From: an uncultured Chloroflexia bacterium | Lineage (GTDB): Bacteria > Chloroflexota > Limnocylindria > Limnocylindrales > CSP1-4 | NCBI GenBank assembly: GCA_963766735.1 | Contig: CAVYBU010000025.1 | Coordinates: 67,227-131,226 of the forward strand | Length of the DNA stretch: 64,000 nucleotides | Direction of reading: 5' to 3' | Part shown: positions 31,074 to 41,208 of the stretch, piece by piece | Position numbering within the stretch: position 1 is the stretch's first letter | Layout: every line of letters begins with the position of its first letter | Made by a program: the position numbers and the translations under genes | The notes under the pieces: model-generated | Databases searched by the model: none | The model's input: the letters and a program-made list of their open reading frames with translations, nothing else | What the model was told of the DNA's origin: nothing

Positions 31074-32051
31074 CTACGCCTCGTTCCCCGGGATCCGGAC
31101 CAGGTCGGCCGCCGGGTCGCGCTGCTGGACGATCAGCACGGCTGCCAGCACCGCGATCCCGCCGGCGACCTCGTTCAGGGTCGGGGCCTGGGCGAGCACC
31201 AGCCCGGCCACCACGACGGCCGTCACGGGCTCCATCAGCATCAGCACGGCTGCGCGGGTGCTGCCGATCACCCGGACGCCGCTGATCACCCAGACCTTGG
31301 GGAACGCCGCTCCAATCGTCCCGGCGAAGATGATCGCTGACCATGCCAGCGGAGACGTGACCCAGGTACCCACGACGTCCGCCCCGCCCAGGAGCAGCGC
31401 GGCCGTCCCGGAGATGACCAGTCCGCCCGCGAGCACGAGCGACGTCGCCTGGGCCGGGGGAACGCGCGGGAACCCGTCCCGCACCACGACCAGGTAGACC
31501 GCGTGGCAGACGGCGGCGGCTGCGGCCAGGGCCACCCCGGCGGCGGTCACGTTCGTGTCCGGGCCGAGCCTGCCGCCGAGGACCAGTGCCAGCCCCAGCG
31601 CCGAGAGAGCCAGAGCGATCACGCGCCTGCGTGTGAGCCGCTCCCGGCGCAGGGCGACCGCGATGAACGCCACCTGGACCGGGTACGTGAAGAAGATCAC
31701 CATGACGACGGCCACCGCCATGGCGCCGAATGCGAAGAACAGCACCAGGTTCATGAGCCCGTTCACGCCGATGGCCAGCAGCAGCATGCGACGCTGGCGG
31801 GCGGGGAGGGAGGCGAGCCGCACGGATGGCAGTCGCCGGGTGACCAGGAGGAGCCCGAGGACCGCCGCCCCGATGCCAGCGCGCAGGGCGCTCATCGTGG
31901 CCGGCTCGACCCCTGCGCTGTAGGCCAGGCCGGCGACCGGGCCCAGGGTGCCGAGCGCGACGGCCGCGACCAGGACACGGATGACCCCGCCCGCATACCG
32001 GGCCTGCTCGGCCGCGGGGTCCCGGATTGCGGGTGGCGATGAATGGGTCAT
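31074..32051 (-). CDS. EamA/DMT family transporter
   Basis: Ten TM helices, two EamA repeats, FFTYP, GSTRAAVLMLMEPV. Confidence 0.88.
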   Translation of the reverse strand: MTHSSPPAIRDPAAEQARYAGGVIRVLVAAVALGTLGPVAGLAYSAGVEPATMSALRAGIGAAVLGLLLVTRRLPSVRLASLPARQRRMLLLAIGVNGLMNLVLFFAFGAMAVAVVMVIFFTYPVQVAFIAVALRRERLTRRRVIALALSALGLALVLGGRLGPDTNVTAAGVALAAAAAVCHAVYLVVVRDGFPRVPPAQATSLVLAGGLVISGTAALLLGGADVVGTWVTSPLAWSAIIFAGTIGAAFPKVWVISGVRVIGSTRAAVLMLMEPVTAVVVAGLVLAQAPTLNEVAGGIAVLAAVLIVQQRDPAADLVRIPGNEA

Positions 32052-32226
32052 CAGGCCATCGATTATCGACGGTAGCGTCGACGGCACGGGGAGGCACGGC
32101 TCGACAACGTCAGGCAGGGTGGGCCGGCCCGACGTACACATGGTCCCGGCTGGACGAGCGATGGCACGGTTCTGCCATGCCAAATGGGCCGTGGGTTCAG
32201 CCCCCGGCTCCCGGTAGAGTCGGGTC

Positions 32227-34119
32227 GTGGACTGCATCGTTCTGGTCAAGCAGGTCCCGGACGTCTCGAATATCCCCGAGGACGCCTGGGATCGCGAGAA
32301 GGGCACGCTCCGACGAGGCCTGCTCGACAACATCCTCAATCCCCTGGACCTGCACGCGCTGACGTTCGCGGACCGACTCAGCCAGGCCGGCGGGAGAGGC
32401 CGCGTGGTGTTCCTCACCATGGGCCCGCCCCAGGCCCGCGAGGTGCTGGTGGACTGCCTGTCCCGCGTGTCGGGCGAGGCGGTCCTCCTCACGGACAAGG
32501 ACTTCGCCGGCGCCGACACCGGGGCCACGGCCTACTCCCTCGCCTGCGCCATCCGCCGGATCGAGAAGGAGATGTTCGACGGCAGCCGCGACTACGTGAT
32601 CGTGTCGGGCATGCAGTCCGTGGACGGCGATACGGCCCAGGTGCCGCCGCAGATCGCCGAGGACCTGGGCATCGACCACATCGCGTATGCCAAGGGCCTC
32701 GAGACCGAGCCGGAGATCGTGATCCGGAGGATCGCGTCGGAGGGCGTCGAGGACGTCCATCCAATCCGCCTCCCGGTGCTGGTCACCGTCACCGCGTGCA
32801 CTGATCCGCTCTACCGCGGGTTCGCCCAGACGCGCGCGGCGCGCGGCGCCCCGCTCCACGAGTGGAACGCTGCATCGGTGGGCGCGGACCCCGCCCGAAC
32901 GGGCCTCAGGGGTTCCTGGACCCAGGTCTACCGCCTGTTCTCGCCGTCAGAGGACCGTCCCAAGACGTGCGAGTTCCTCCGCAGCCCGGCCGAGCTGATC
33001 GGCAAGGTGGCGGCCCGCTACCAGCAGGCCGAGTCTGGCGCCGGCCCGGAGGCTGACGAGGTCTACCAGCTGGACGGCAGGGAGCCCTCGTACCGCGGCG
33101 AGTTCTGGGTCTTCGCCGAGCGCGAGGGCGATGGCGTCCGCTCGGTCTCCCTCGAGCTGTTGGGCAAGGCCAGGCGCCTGGCTGACAGCCTGGGCGAGAA
33201 GGTCGGCGCGGTGCTCCCGTGCAACGAGGCCGGCAACCGCCCCGAGCAGCTCATCGCCGCGGGCGCAGACATCGTCTACGTCCTCGAGCACCCGCAGCTC
33301 GCCTGCTTCGACCCGCTCGGCTACAAGAAGGCGATCGCGACCCTCGTGATCGACAGGAAGCCCCAGGTCATGCTCTTCGGGGCCAGCCCATTGGGCCGCG
33401 AGCTGGCGCCCCGGGTCGCGTATGCCTGCAGGTCCGGGCTCACGGCGGACTGCACCCGCCTCGAGATCGGCGACTATGAGAAGGGCACGACCTCCCTGAC
33501 CGCGATCCTCAAGCAGACCCGCCCCGCCCTCGGCGGCAACGTCATGGCCACGATCATGACCAAGGACTCGCCGAGCCAGATGGCCACCGTCCGACCGGGC
33601 GTGTTCAAGGTCCCCGAGCCTGATCCCGGACGGACCGGCGAGATCATCCGCGTTCCCGTCGAGCTCGTCGCCGAGGACCATGGCCTCGAGGCGGTGCCGG
33701 TCGAGTCGTTCGCGACGAAGGTTTCCATCAGGGACGCGGAGATCGTGGTCGCCGGCGGCCACGGGTTCCGGTCGCGCGCAGACTTCGATACCTACCTCGC
33801 GCCGCTCGCGGCGGGCCTCGGCAGCCTGCTGGGCGCCAAGACGAAGGTGGCGGCGTCCCGGATGGCGGTGGAGGACGGGTTCACCACCCACGACTACCAG
33901 GTCGGCCAGACGGGCCAGACCGTCCAGCCGCGACTCTACGTGGCGATCGGCATCTCCGGAGCGGTGCAGCACATCACCGGCATGCAGGGCTCCGAGATCG
34001 TGGTCGCAATCAACAAGGATCCGAAGGCCCGGATCTTCAACTATGCGGACTTCGGAATCGTGGGCGACATCGAGACGGTGGTCCCGGACCTGATCCGCGC
34101 GACGGAGGGACGCGCATGA
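32227..34119 (+). CDS. Fused electron transfer flavoprotein beta+alpha subunit (FixA-FixB type)
   Basis: VLVKQVPD, GADTGAT, GMQSVDGDTAQV (beta) followed by GLTADCT, QTRPALGGN, QVGQTG, IGISGAVQH, AINKDP (alpha) in one ORF. Confidence 0.92.
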   Translation: MDCIVLVKQVPDVSNIPEDAWDREKGTLRRGLLDNILNPLDLHALTFADRLSQAGGRGRVVFLTMGPPQAREVLVDCLSRVSGEAVLLTDKDFAGADTGATAYSLACAIRRIEKEMFDGSRDYVIVSGMQSVDGDTAQVPPQIAEDLGIDHIAYAKGLETEPEIVIRRIASEGVEDVHPIRLPVLVTVTACTDPLYRGFAQTRAARGAPLHEWNAASVGADPARTGLRGSWTQVYRLFSPSEDRPKTCEFLRSPAELIGKVAARYQQAESGAGPEADEVYQLDGREPSYRGEFWVFAEREGDGVRSVSLELLGKARRLADSLGEKVGAVLPCNEAGNRPEQLIAAGADIVYVLEHPQLACFDPLGYKKAIATLVIDRKPQVMLFGASPLGRELAPRVAYACRSGLTADCTRLEIGDYEKGTTSLTAILKQTRPALGGNVMATIMTKDSPSQMATVRPGVFKVPEPDPGRTGEIIRVPVELVAEDHGLEAVPVESFATKVSIRDAEIVVAGGHGFRSRADFDTYLAPLAAGLGSLLGAKTKVAASRMAVEDGFTTHDYQVGQTGQTVQPRLYVAIGISGAVQHITGMQGSEIVVAINKDPKARIFNYADFGIVGDIETVVPDLIRATEGRA

Positions 34120-35699
34120 CCGCCCCGATCGACGTCCTGATCGTCGGTGGCGGCCCGGCCGGCCTGGCCGCGGCGATCCGCCTCAAGCAGGAGCTGGCCA
34201 CGGCGTCGCGGGAAGCCTCCGTCGTCGTCATCGACAAGGCCCCTCGCCCCGGCTACCACAACCTCTCCGGCGCCTCGTTCGAGCCCGCCTGCCTCGATGA
34301 GCTTGTTCCGGGCTGGCGCGACGATCGCCGGTTCATGGAGCACGTCACCCCTGTCGAGCAGGACGACATGTTCTTCCTCCTCGGCCCGCGCGCGTTCCGG
34401 ATCCCGGACGTCGTCGTGCCCAAGGGCATGCACCACGGTGGCGACGTCACGATCTCGCTCTCGCGCCTGACCGGCTACCTGGCCACCAAGGCCGAGGCCG
34501 CCGGCGTGGAGCTGTACAGCGGCTACTCCGCGCGGACGCTCCTCGTCGAGGACGAGCGTGTCGTGGGCGTCGGCCTGGGCGAGGTCGGGCTCAGCTCCCA
34601 CGGCGGCGACAAGTCCAATCACCGGCCGGCCGAGGAGATCCGGGCGCGGGTCACGATCCTCGCGGACGGGACGCGGGGCGTCCTCTCGGAGCAGCTCCGC
34701 GATCACTTCGGGGCGGGCAGGAACCCACAGGTCTACTCGCTCGGCATCAAGGCCCTCGTCGCGTTCCCGGGGGACAACCCGTTCGGGACCAACCGCGTGA
34801 TGCACACGCTGGGCTACCCGAACCCGTCGAGCGTGTTCGGCGGCGGCTTCCTGTACAGCATGGGCGAGAAGCTCGTGGCGGTCGGCCTGATCATGGGCCT
34901 GGACTGGAAGTACGGGGATCTGAACCCGCAGCGCGAGTTCGAGCGGTATCGCTCCCACCCGTTCATCGCCGATCTCCTCAAGGGATCGGTCACGATCGCC
35001 ACGGGCGCCCGCACGATCCCGGAGGGCGGCTACCACGCGCTGGGCAGGATCGCGGTTCCGGGCGCGCTCGCCGTGGGCGACGGTGCCGGGTTCGTCAACA
35101 TGGAGAAGATCAAGGGCATCCACTACGGGATGCTGTCCGGGATGGCCGCCGCGGAGACTGTTGTTGCGGGGCTGGCCGCCGCGGACGGCGACACGGTGCA
35201 GCTCTCCGGCTACGCGGAGCGCCTCGAGGGACGGGGCGTGCTCCCGGCGATGCGCCACGCGCGCAACTACCGGCAGAGCTTCCGCTGGGGCCTGTTCACG
35301 GGGGCACCGCTCTCGCTCGTCCAATCGAAGATCCCGCGGCGCCTCGGGATGGAACCCGACTCGCGCGGCACGAAGCGCGGCGCCAGGCTCAACCGGCCAG
35401 ATCCGGGCGGCATGGACGGGGCGACGTTCGTCAGCCTCACCGGCGCCCTCCACCGCGAGGACGAGCCGGCCCACATGACGATCCTGGACCCGGCGGCATG
35501 CGTGACGTGCGAGGCGGACTACGCCAACTCCTGCACGGCCTTCTGCCCGGGCCAGGTCTACCGGTGGGACGGCGGCAAGATCGTTCTCTCCGCGTCGAAC
35601 TGCCTCCACTGCATGACCTGCGCGGTGAAGTGCCCGCTGGAGAACATCCGCTGGCTGCCTCCCGAGGGCGGTGAGGGTCCTCGCTTCAAGCAGATGTGA
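34116..35699 (+). CDS. ETF:quinone oxidoreductase (FixC-FixX fusion type)
   Basis: GGGPAG FAD motif, PQVYSLGIK, GGGFLY, IKGIH, C-terminal FCPGQVY...NCLHCMTC...PEGGEGP. Confidence 0.9.
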   Translation: MTAPIDVLIVGGGPAGLAAAIRLKQELATASREASVVVIDKAPRPGYHNLSGASFEPACLDELVPGWRDDRRFMEHVTPVEQDDMFFLLGPRAFRIPDVVVPKGMHHGGDVTISLSRLTGYLATKAEAAGVELYSGYSARTLLVEDERVVGVGLGEVGLSSHGGDKSNHRPAEEIRARVTILADGTRGVLSEQLRDHFGAGRNPQVYSLGIKALVAFPGDNPFGTNRVMHTLGYPNPSSVFGGGFLYSMGEKLVAVGLIMGLDWKYGDLNPQREFERYRSHPFIADLLKGSVTIATGARTIPEGGYHALGRIAVPGALAVGDGAGFVNMEKIKGIHYGMLSGMAAAETVVAGLAAADGDTVQLSGYAERLEGRGVLPAMRHARNYRQSFRWGLFTGAPLSLVQSKIPRRLGMEPDSRGTKRGARLNRPDPGGMDGATFVSLTGALHREDEPAHMTILDPAACVTCEADYANSCTAFCPGQVYRWDGGKIVLSASNCLHCMTCAVKCPLENIRWLPPEGGEGPRFKQM

Positions 35700-35777
35700 C
35701 GTCCGGCGCGTCGTGACGTCGCGCGTGTCCCAATGGCCGCGCGTCCCGGCGTGACCCGGAACTGTCCGCGACACGGA

Positions 35778-35805
35778 AGGGCGGCCACCTCGCGGTGACC
35801 GCCCT
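35778..35805. terminator. Hairpin between convergent genes
   Basis: agggcggccacc-tcgc-ggtgaccgccct. Confidence 0.55.
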
Positions 35806-35806
35806 G

Positions 35807-36505
35807 TCAGTCGTGCCAGGAAGGATCTACGGGGCTCGTCTCGGTCGTGCGGCGCATCGAGCCGACCAGCAGTGCCGCGCCCAGGGCCACCAGCAGCGCC
35901 GGCCACAGGCTCACGGCGGCCAGACCTGGGATCACCGAGTCCGCCAGCGCGATGACTCCGAACACCACCAGCAGCACGCCCGCGTAGACGGCAGCGCCTG
36001 CGCCGCGTCGCCGATCGGTCGTCGGCTCCTGGCCCGGGGCCTGGGCCGCCCAGCCCTGGGTGCCGGTCCACGCGGGGTCAGCCCAGCCGGCCTGGCCGGC
36101 GTCCCATTCCTGGGTGGGCGACGCATCGGCAGTGGCGCCGGCTGCGTCTCCGCCGTCGCTGCCCGCCACGCTCCCGGCCTCGTTCCCGGACGCCTCTGGG
36201 GTTCCGGCCGCGGGTGCGGCACCCGGAACCGGGGCCCCTCCCGGCGCCCACGAACCACTCGGCGCCCACGATCCGCCCGGTGCCCACGTGGGGCCCCGGC
36301 CGCCTGCCACCGGCCCGACTGGCGCCAGCGGCATGATGAACGCGAGGATGACGTACAGCAGGATCGTGAAGCCGCCCAGGAAGACGGACAGGATCCAGAG
36401 GATGCGGACCAGCGTGGGGTCCAGCTCCAGGTACTCGGCCATACCGCCGGCGACGCCGGCCAGTTGCTTGTCGTACCGGCTCCGGTACAGGCGACGGGTG
36501 TTCAC
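35807..36505 (-). CDS. PspC domain membrane protein
   Basis: RRLYRSRYDKQLAGVAGGMAEYLELDPTLVRI; low-complexity linker; C-terminal 2-TM LiaF-like segment. Confidence 0.88.
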   Translation of the reverse strand: MNTRRLYRSRYDKQLAGVAGGMAEYLELDPTLVRILWILSVFLGGFTILLYVILAFIMPLAPVGPVAGGRGPTWAPGGSWAPSGSWAPGGAPVPGAAPAAGTPEASGNEAGSVAGSDGGDAAGATADASPTQEWDAGQAGWADPAWTGTQGWAAQAPGQEPTTDRRRGAGAAVYAGVLLVVFGVIALADSVIPGLAAVSLWPALLVALGAALLVGSMRRTTETSPVDPSWHD

Positions 36506-37492
36506 AGACAGCCTCCCTCGGGGTTGATGACCACGCTTCCGACGTTGGCCGAGACGGCCACGTCGGCGTGGAAATCTGCGTTGGCGTAGTTCGGGCTCTC
36601 CCATGCGTCCCCGACGCGGACGAGCCCGTTGTAGGTGACGGCGCCCAGGGCGGACTCGCCCCGGACCCGAACGCCCAGGCCTGCGGGTGCGCAGACCTCG
36701 AGCGAGCCGGCGTTGACGGTCAGGGTCCCAGTGACATCGCCGGTGCTCGGCAGGATGCACCACGGCGGCCCCTGCATTGACCTCGACGTCCAGGCGCTCG
36801 AGGGTGGCCCCCTCGATGTCCAGCCGGGCCTTGCCGGCGTTGAGCGCCAGCCCCAGGGTGCCGAGGCGGGCTCCCGCCAGGTCGAGCCGTGCTTCGCCGG
36901 CGTTGACCTCGGTGTCGACGTCGAGCAGCGTGCCCGTCGGCAGGCGGAGCCTCCAGTCGTCGCCCCAGTCCGTCGACGAGAGCCAGCCGCGGCGTTCTGC
37001 CGAGCGGATCGAGAGGCGGCCTGGCGCATCGGACACGATCGCCCCGCCGCCGCGACCGTGGCTCGCGTCGAAGTCCCAGGTGCTGCCCGGCCCGGTGGTC
37101 ACCACCAGCTCGCCGCACGCGAGCGAGAGGTCCACGGTGGCCGCGGCGCCGAACGTCCCCTGGCGCTCCGTGACCGTTGCGTCCCGGCCGGCGTCCCCGC
37201 ACCCTGCGGACCAGCCCGACCGGCCATCGAAGTCCGGCATGTCGGGCACCGCCACGATCATCATGCCGAGCATCAGCCCCGGCATCGTTGCCGCGACCAC
37301 GCCGCCCGGCACGCGGGCCCGCGTCCGGCGAAGGATCAGCCCCACGCCGATCGCGATCACCGCCAGCGGCCAGAGCGACAGGGCTTCGGTCACGGCCTCG
37401 GCGTCGATCGCCCCGGCCTGCGCCATGAGGACGACGCCTCCCGCTGCGATGAGGAACACCCCGGTGTAGAGGAACCCGCGTCTGACGGTCAT
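36502..37492 (-). CDS. LiaF/DUF4097-like envelope-stress membrane protein, frameshift near 36760
   Basis: GGAGG RBS, N-terminal TMs with LWP motif, repeated VNAGxxxLDL beta-helix units continuing in a second frame. Confidence 0.72.
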
Positions 37493-37763
37493 ATCCACCC
37501 TCCCTGGCGGCTGGTTCCGGCCCGGCCCCGTGGCCGGCTCGGTTGGTTTCTTGTCATCCATGACGCTACGAGCGGGGTCGCCCTCGGACCAGCCGGGCAG
37601 CGGGCATCTTTGGGGTGGGGGTAGCCCCAGTGCGACAGCACCAGCGGCGGGGCGGCGGGTCCACGGCGTCGTCCCGGACCCGGGCCTCGACGATCGCCGC
37701 ACGTTCACGCGAGGCGAGAGCGTGGTGTGCCCCGGGGAGATAGGGTTCGGGCCACAAGTCACG

Positions 37764-38744
37764 ATGTCGACTCGGCCAGCTGAGGACGAAGGGGGCGCCG
37801 GCGAGATGGGCGAAGGGGGCAGGCCTGTGGGACAGCGACTGATCGCGGGCATGCTGCGCGCTGCCCTGCGGCTCCTGAGGCGGTGGGCGCTCCGGGCAGA
37901 CCTGCCGATCTCGACGCAGAGGCGCCGGATGGCGCGCGTGAGCGGCTGGATGCGTGTCCCACGTGACGCCCGGTACCAGGCGACGGTCTGCGGTGGCATC
38001 CCCGGGGAGTCCGTGGTCGCCCGCGATGCGGCGTCATCCGAAAGGGCAGTCCTCTACCTGCACGGCGGCGGGTACTGCGTGGGCTCGCCCGCGTCGCACC
38101 GGGTGATCACGCGGGACCTCGCGGTGCGGGGCGGGGCGCGGGTGTTCGCGGCCGACTACCGGCTCGCGCCCGAGGCGCCCTTCCCGGCGGCGATCGAGGA
38201 CGCAGTCGCGGCATGGCGCGGGCTGCTGGCGGAGGGGTTCCGTCCGGAGCGGTCGGTGATCGCGGGCGATTCGGCGGGTGGAGGACTGGCTGTTGCTGCG
38301 GCCCTGCGCCTGCGGGAGCTCGGGCTGCCGATGCCAGCCGCGCTGGTGCTGTTCTCGCCATGGGTGGACCTCGCGCTTGACGGTCTCGGCGAGCCCCGGC
38401 GCGGGGAGGTCACGCTGAGCCGGTCCTGGATCGCGGCCTGCGCCGGTGCCTACCTGGGCGGGGCACCGGCGGGCGACCCGCTCGCCTCGCCGGTCGGCGC
38501 GGACATGCGGGGCCTTCCGCCGACGCTCATCCAGGCGGGCGCGGATGAGCTGCTCCTGGCCGATGCACGCCGCCTGCACGAAGCCATGTCGGCCGCGGGC
38601 GTCGACGTTGAGCTGCAGGTGTACGAGGGGTGCTGGCACGTCTTCCAGCTGCATGCCGGAATGCTTGCCGATGCGGACCGGGCGATGGCCGCGACGACGG
38701 CGTTCATCGCTTCCCGGGCACCACTCCGGACGCCTGGCCCGTAG
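37764..38744 (+). CDS. HSL-family esterase / alpha-beta hydrolase
   Basis: YLHGGGY, DYRLAPE, GDSAGG, WHVF. Confidence 0.92.
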   Translation: MSTRPAEDEGGAGEMGEGGRPVGQRLIAGMLRAALRLLRRWALRADLPISTQRRRMARVSGWMRVPRDARYQATVCGGIPGESVVARDAASSERAVLYLHGGGYCVGSPASHRVITRDLAVRGGARVFAADYRLAPEAPFPAAIEDAVAAWRGLLAEGFRPERSVIAGDSAGGGLAVAAALRLRELGLPMPAALVLFSPWVDLALDGLGEPRRGEVTLSRSWIAACAGAYLGGAPAGDPLASPVGADMRGLPPTLIQAGADELLLADARRLHEAMSAAGVDVELQVYEGCWHVFQLHAGMLADADRAMAATTAFIASRAPLRTPGP

Positions 38745-39420
38745 CATCCGGCTGTCCTGGGGTGTGGGGAGCGCCCCGGAGTGCGTGGGCCGCCGCGACC
38801 AGTGCCAGCAGCATCCCGGCCGCGAAGACGGGCCACGGGTACGGTCCGGGCAGGCCGCCGTCGATGACCCGGCCCGCGTCGAGCGTGTACGAGAGGATGA
38901 CGAGCAGCCCGCCGCCAAGCCCTGCGGCCCAGTGCCGGCCCGACAGCACCAGTGTCCGGCCGGACCGGATCATGCGGGCGACGAAGAGCCCGACCACGAC
39001 GAGCGCCAGGCTCACGGCGACGGGCGACCAGACCGGGCCGACCCACGGCACCGGGATGAGGAACAGGAGGTCCGTCGTGTCCAGCGCGGGCGGCCAGCCG
39101 CTGAACACGTTGAGCCACGCGTAGTAGCCGATGTCCCATGCGCCGAACACGACCGCAGCCCAGGCAAGGCGCTCCAGCCCGTTCCGGCCCGCCAGCAGCC
39201 CCGCGGCGGCGATCATCACCAGCGTTGCCGCCTCCCGGCCGACCTCGATCGCGACGAGGTCACCCGCCTCGATCGCCGGATGGAGGGGGAAGATCTCCCC
39301 GACCTGCCCTCCGAGCGCGAGAGTCAGGTAGACGACGACCGCTGCTTCGAGGTAGGCCATCGCCACCGCGAAGACGAGGACGGCTGCAGCCGTTGTCCGG
39401 AACGAGAGACCCGCGGGCAT
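38704..39420 (-). CDS. Conserved hypothetical membrane protein
   Basis: AMAYLEAAVVVYL, EVGREAATLVM, WDIGYY, LLFLIPVPWVGPV. Confidence 0.75.
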   Translation of the reverse strand: MPAGLSFRTTAAAVLVFAVAMAYLEAAVVVYLTLALGGQVGEIFPLHPAIEAGDLVAIEVGREAATLVMIAAAGLLAGRNGLERLAWAAVVFGAWDIGYYAWLNVFSGWPPALDTTDLLFLIPVPWVGPVWSPVAVSLALVVVGLFVARMIRSGRTLVLSGRHWAAGLGGGLLVILSYTLDAGRVIDGGLPGPYPWPVFAAGMLLALVAAAHALRGAPHTPGQPDATGQASGVVPGKR

Positions 39421-39453
39421 GCCTGCCACGCTAGCACCCGGGGGCGAGCCTCG

Positions 39454-39527
39454 GTCACGACAGCATGGAGGCGTCCCGGCGGCTGGAGGCGTCACGACAG
39501 CCTGGAGGCGTCCCGGCGGCTGGAGGA
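39454..39527. repeat. 37-bp tandem direct repeat, 2 copies, in divergent intergenic region
   Basis: gtcacgacagc(a/c)tggaggcgtcccggcggctggagg(c/a) at 39454 and 39491. Confidence 0.85.
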
Positions 39528-39656
39528 GATCCGGCGCAGCGTGGCGGCGCCCCGGCGCCTTGAAGGCGCTCCGGCGCCCGGCGGCAGGCCCAAAGGCACT
39601 GGCCCGACCCGTTGCCATCCGGGGACCATCAGCCATTCCGCGAAGTGAGGGAACCC

Positions 39657-40136
39657 ATGTCCAGCATCGATCAGGCCACGACGGACTTCCTGGCCCAGAA
39701 GCGCATCGCCGTGGTAGGGGTCTCGCGCGAGCACGGAGGCAAGCACGGCGGGAACGTCGTCTACCTGCGTCTCAAGGAGCGCGGCTACGAGGTCTTCGCG
39801 GTGAACCCGAACGCCGACGTGGTGGAGGGCGACCCCTGCTTTCACGACCTCCGGTCGATCCCGGGCGGCGTGGACGCGGTGGTGATCGCGACGACGCCGG
39901 CGGTGGCCCCATCGGTGGCCCAGGAGTGCAAGGAGCTCGGGATCACCCGAGTCTGGATGCACCGTGGCTTCGGAGGCGGGAGCGTCTCGAAGGAGGCCCA
40001 CGAGTACTGCCGTGCGAATGGCATCGCGTCGATCGCCGGCGGCTGCCCGCTGATGTACGGACCCACCTCGGACGGCGGCCATCGGTTCATGCGCTCGATG
40101 CTTGGACTGTTCGGGAGGCTGCCGAAGGAGGCCTGA
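39657..40136 (+). CDS. CoA-binding domain protein (YccU-like)
   Basis: KRIAVVGVS, FAVNP, RVWMH, GGCPLM. Confidence 0.88.
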   Translation: MSSIDQATTDFLAQKRIAVVGVSREHGGKHGGNVVYLRLKERGYEVFAVNPNADVVEGDPCFHDLRSIPGGVDAVVIATTPAVAPSVAQECKELGITRVWMHRGFGGGSVSKEAHEYCRANGIASIAGGCPLMYGPTSDGGHRFMRSMLGLFGRLPKEA

Positions 40137-40163
40137 CGCGCAGGCGCCCGGCCGCGGGATCCC

Positions 40164-41140
40164 TCAGCCCAGGAGGACGGGGAGCGCGCCCGGACGAACC
40201 CGGGCATCGAGCGAGGCGATCGGGTATGGGTCCCCGTCCACCTCGGTCGGGCCCGCCGGGATGACCTCAACCCGGACGTGGGTCCCGGCAAGGCGCATCG
40301 CGGCTCCGGATGGCGACCTGCCCGCCGATGCCGCGGTCATCAGCTCCAGCGCACCGATGATCCCGCCCAGGACCCCGCCCCGCGGCAGGACGAAGACGTG
40401 GAGCAGGCCATCGGTCGGGTCGATCGGAAGGCGTGGGCGCAGGACGCCCGGGATCGCCTCGCCGCAGTTCGCCACCAGCACCACGATCGACTCGAGCTCC
40501 GTGCGGATGCCGTCGATCGTCAGGATCGTTGGCCGGGGCGTGAGGTGGGCCAGGAGGCCGCTCGCGGCGAGGAAGTAGGCCGCGACGCCGTACCGGTGCT
40601 TCATCTCGCGCGAGGTCGCGGCGATGACCCGCGCGTCGAAGCCGGTTCCGCAGGCGACCAGGAATGGCATGGGAGCGGGCGGGGGAGCGGATGCCTCAGG
40701 TCCTCCGGCCCGTCCGCCGGCTCTCCGAGCCGGACCTCGCCCATGTCGAAGGACCGGGGAGTGCCGGTTGCGAGCGCGGAGATGGCGGCCTCCAGGTTCC
40801 GGGGCACACCGATCGACGAGGCGTACAGGTTGCCCGTACCGCAGGGCACGATGCCCATCGCCACGCCGGTTCCGGCGATGGCGGCCGCCGCGTCCCGGAG
40901 CGTTCCGTCGCCACCCGCGACCGCGATGACCGAAGAGCCGGCGCGGACCGCGGCCTGGGCCGTCTCCAGGATCTCGCCCGGGGCACCCGTCTCCACGACC
41001 ACCACCTCGCGGTGGCCGCGGGCACGGAGCGCATCGGTCACCTGGCCGACGATCCGGCGCCGGACGCGCCCGTCGCGGATCCGCGACGCCAGCGGGCTGA
41101 CGATGAGCGTGGCGAGGGCGGGATCGGGTGGCGTGGTCAC
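40164..41140 (-). CDS. Diacylglycerol kinase family lipid kinase, frameshift near 40690
   Basis: AGGDGTL, PCGTGN, CGTGFDA, EVDGD. Confidence 0.82.
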
Positions 41141-41208
41141 GGAACCAATGATCGGGCTTCCGGCGGCAGCCGTGTGGCAGCTCCGCGGGGGGGGTCCGAC
41201 GCTGCCGG

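Noticed and set aside
35807-37999. 730-aa LiaF-PspC fusion ORF
   Set aside because: Caused by the frameshift near 36760; the upstream gene stops at 36502 overlapping the PspC GTG start
39454-39527. Possible CRISPR repeats (37 bp)
   Set aside because: Copies are directly adjacent with no spacers, and there are no cas genes
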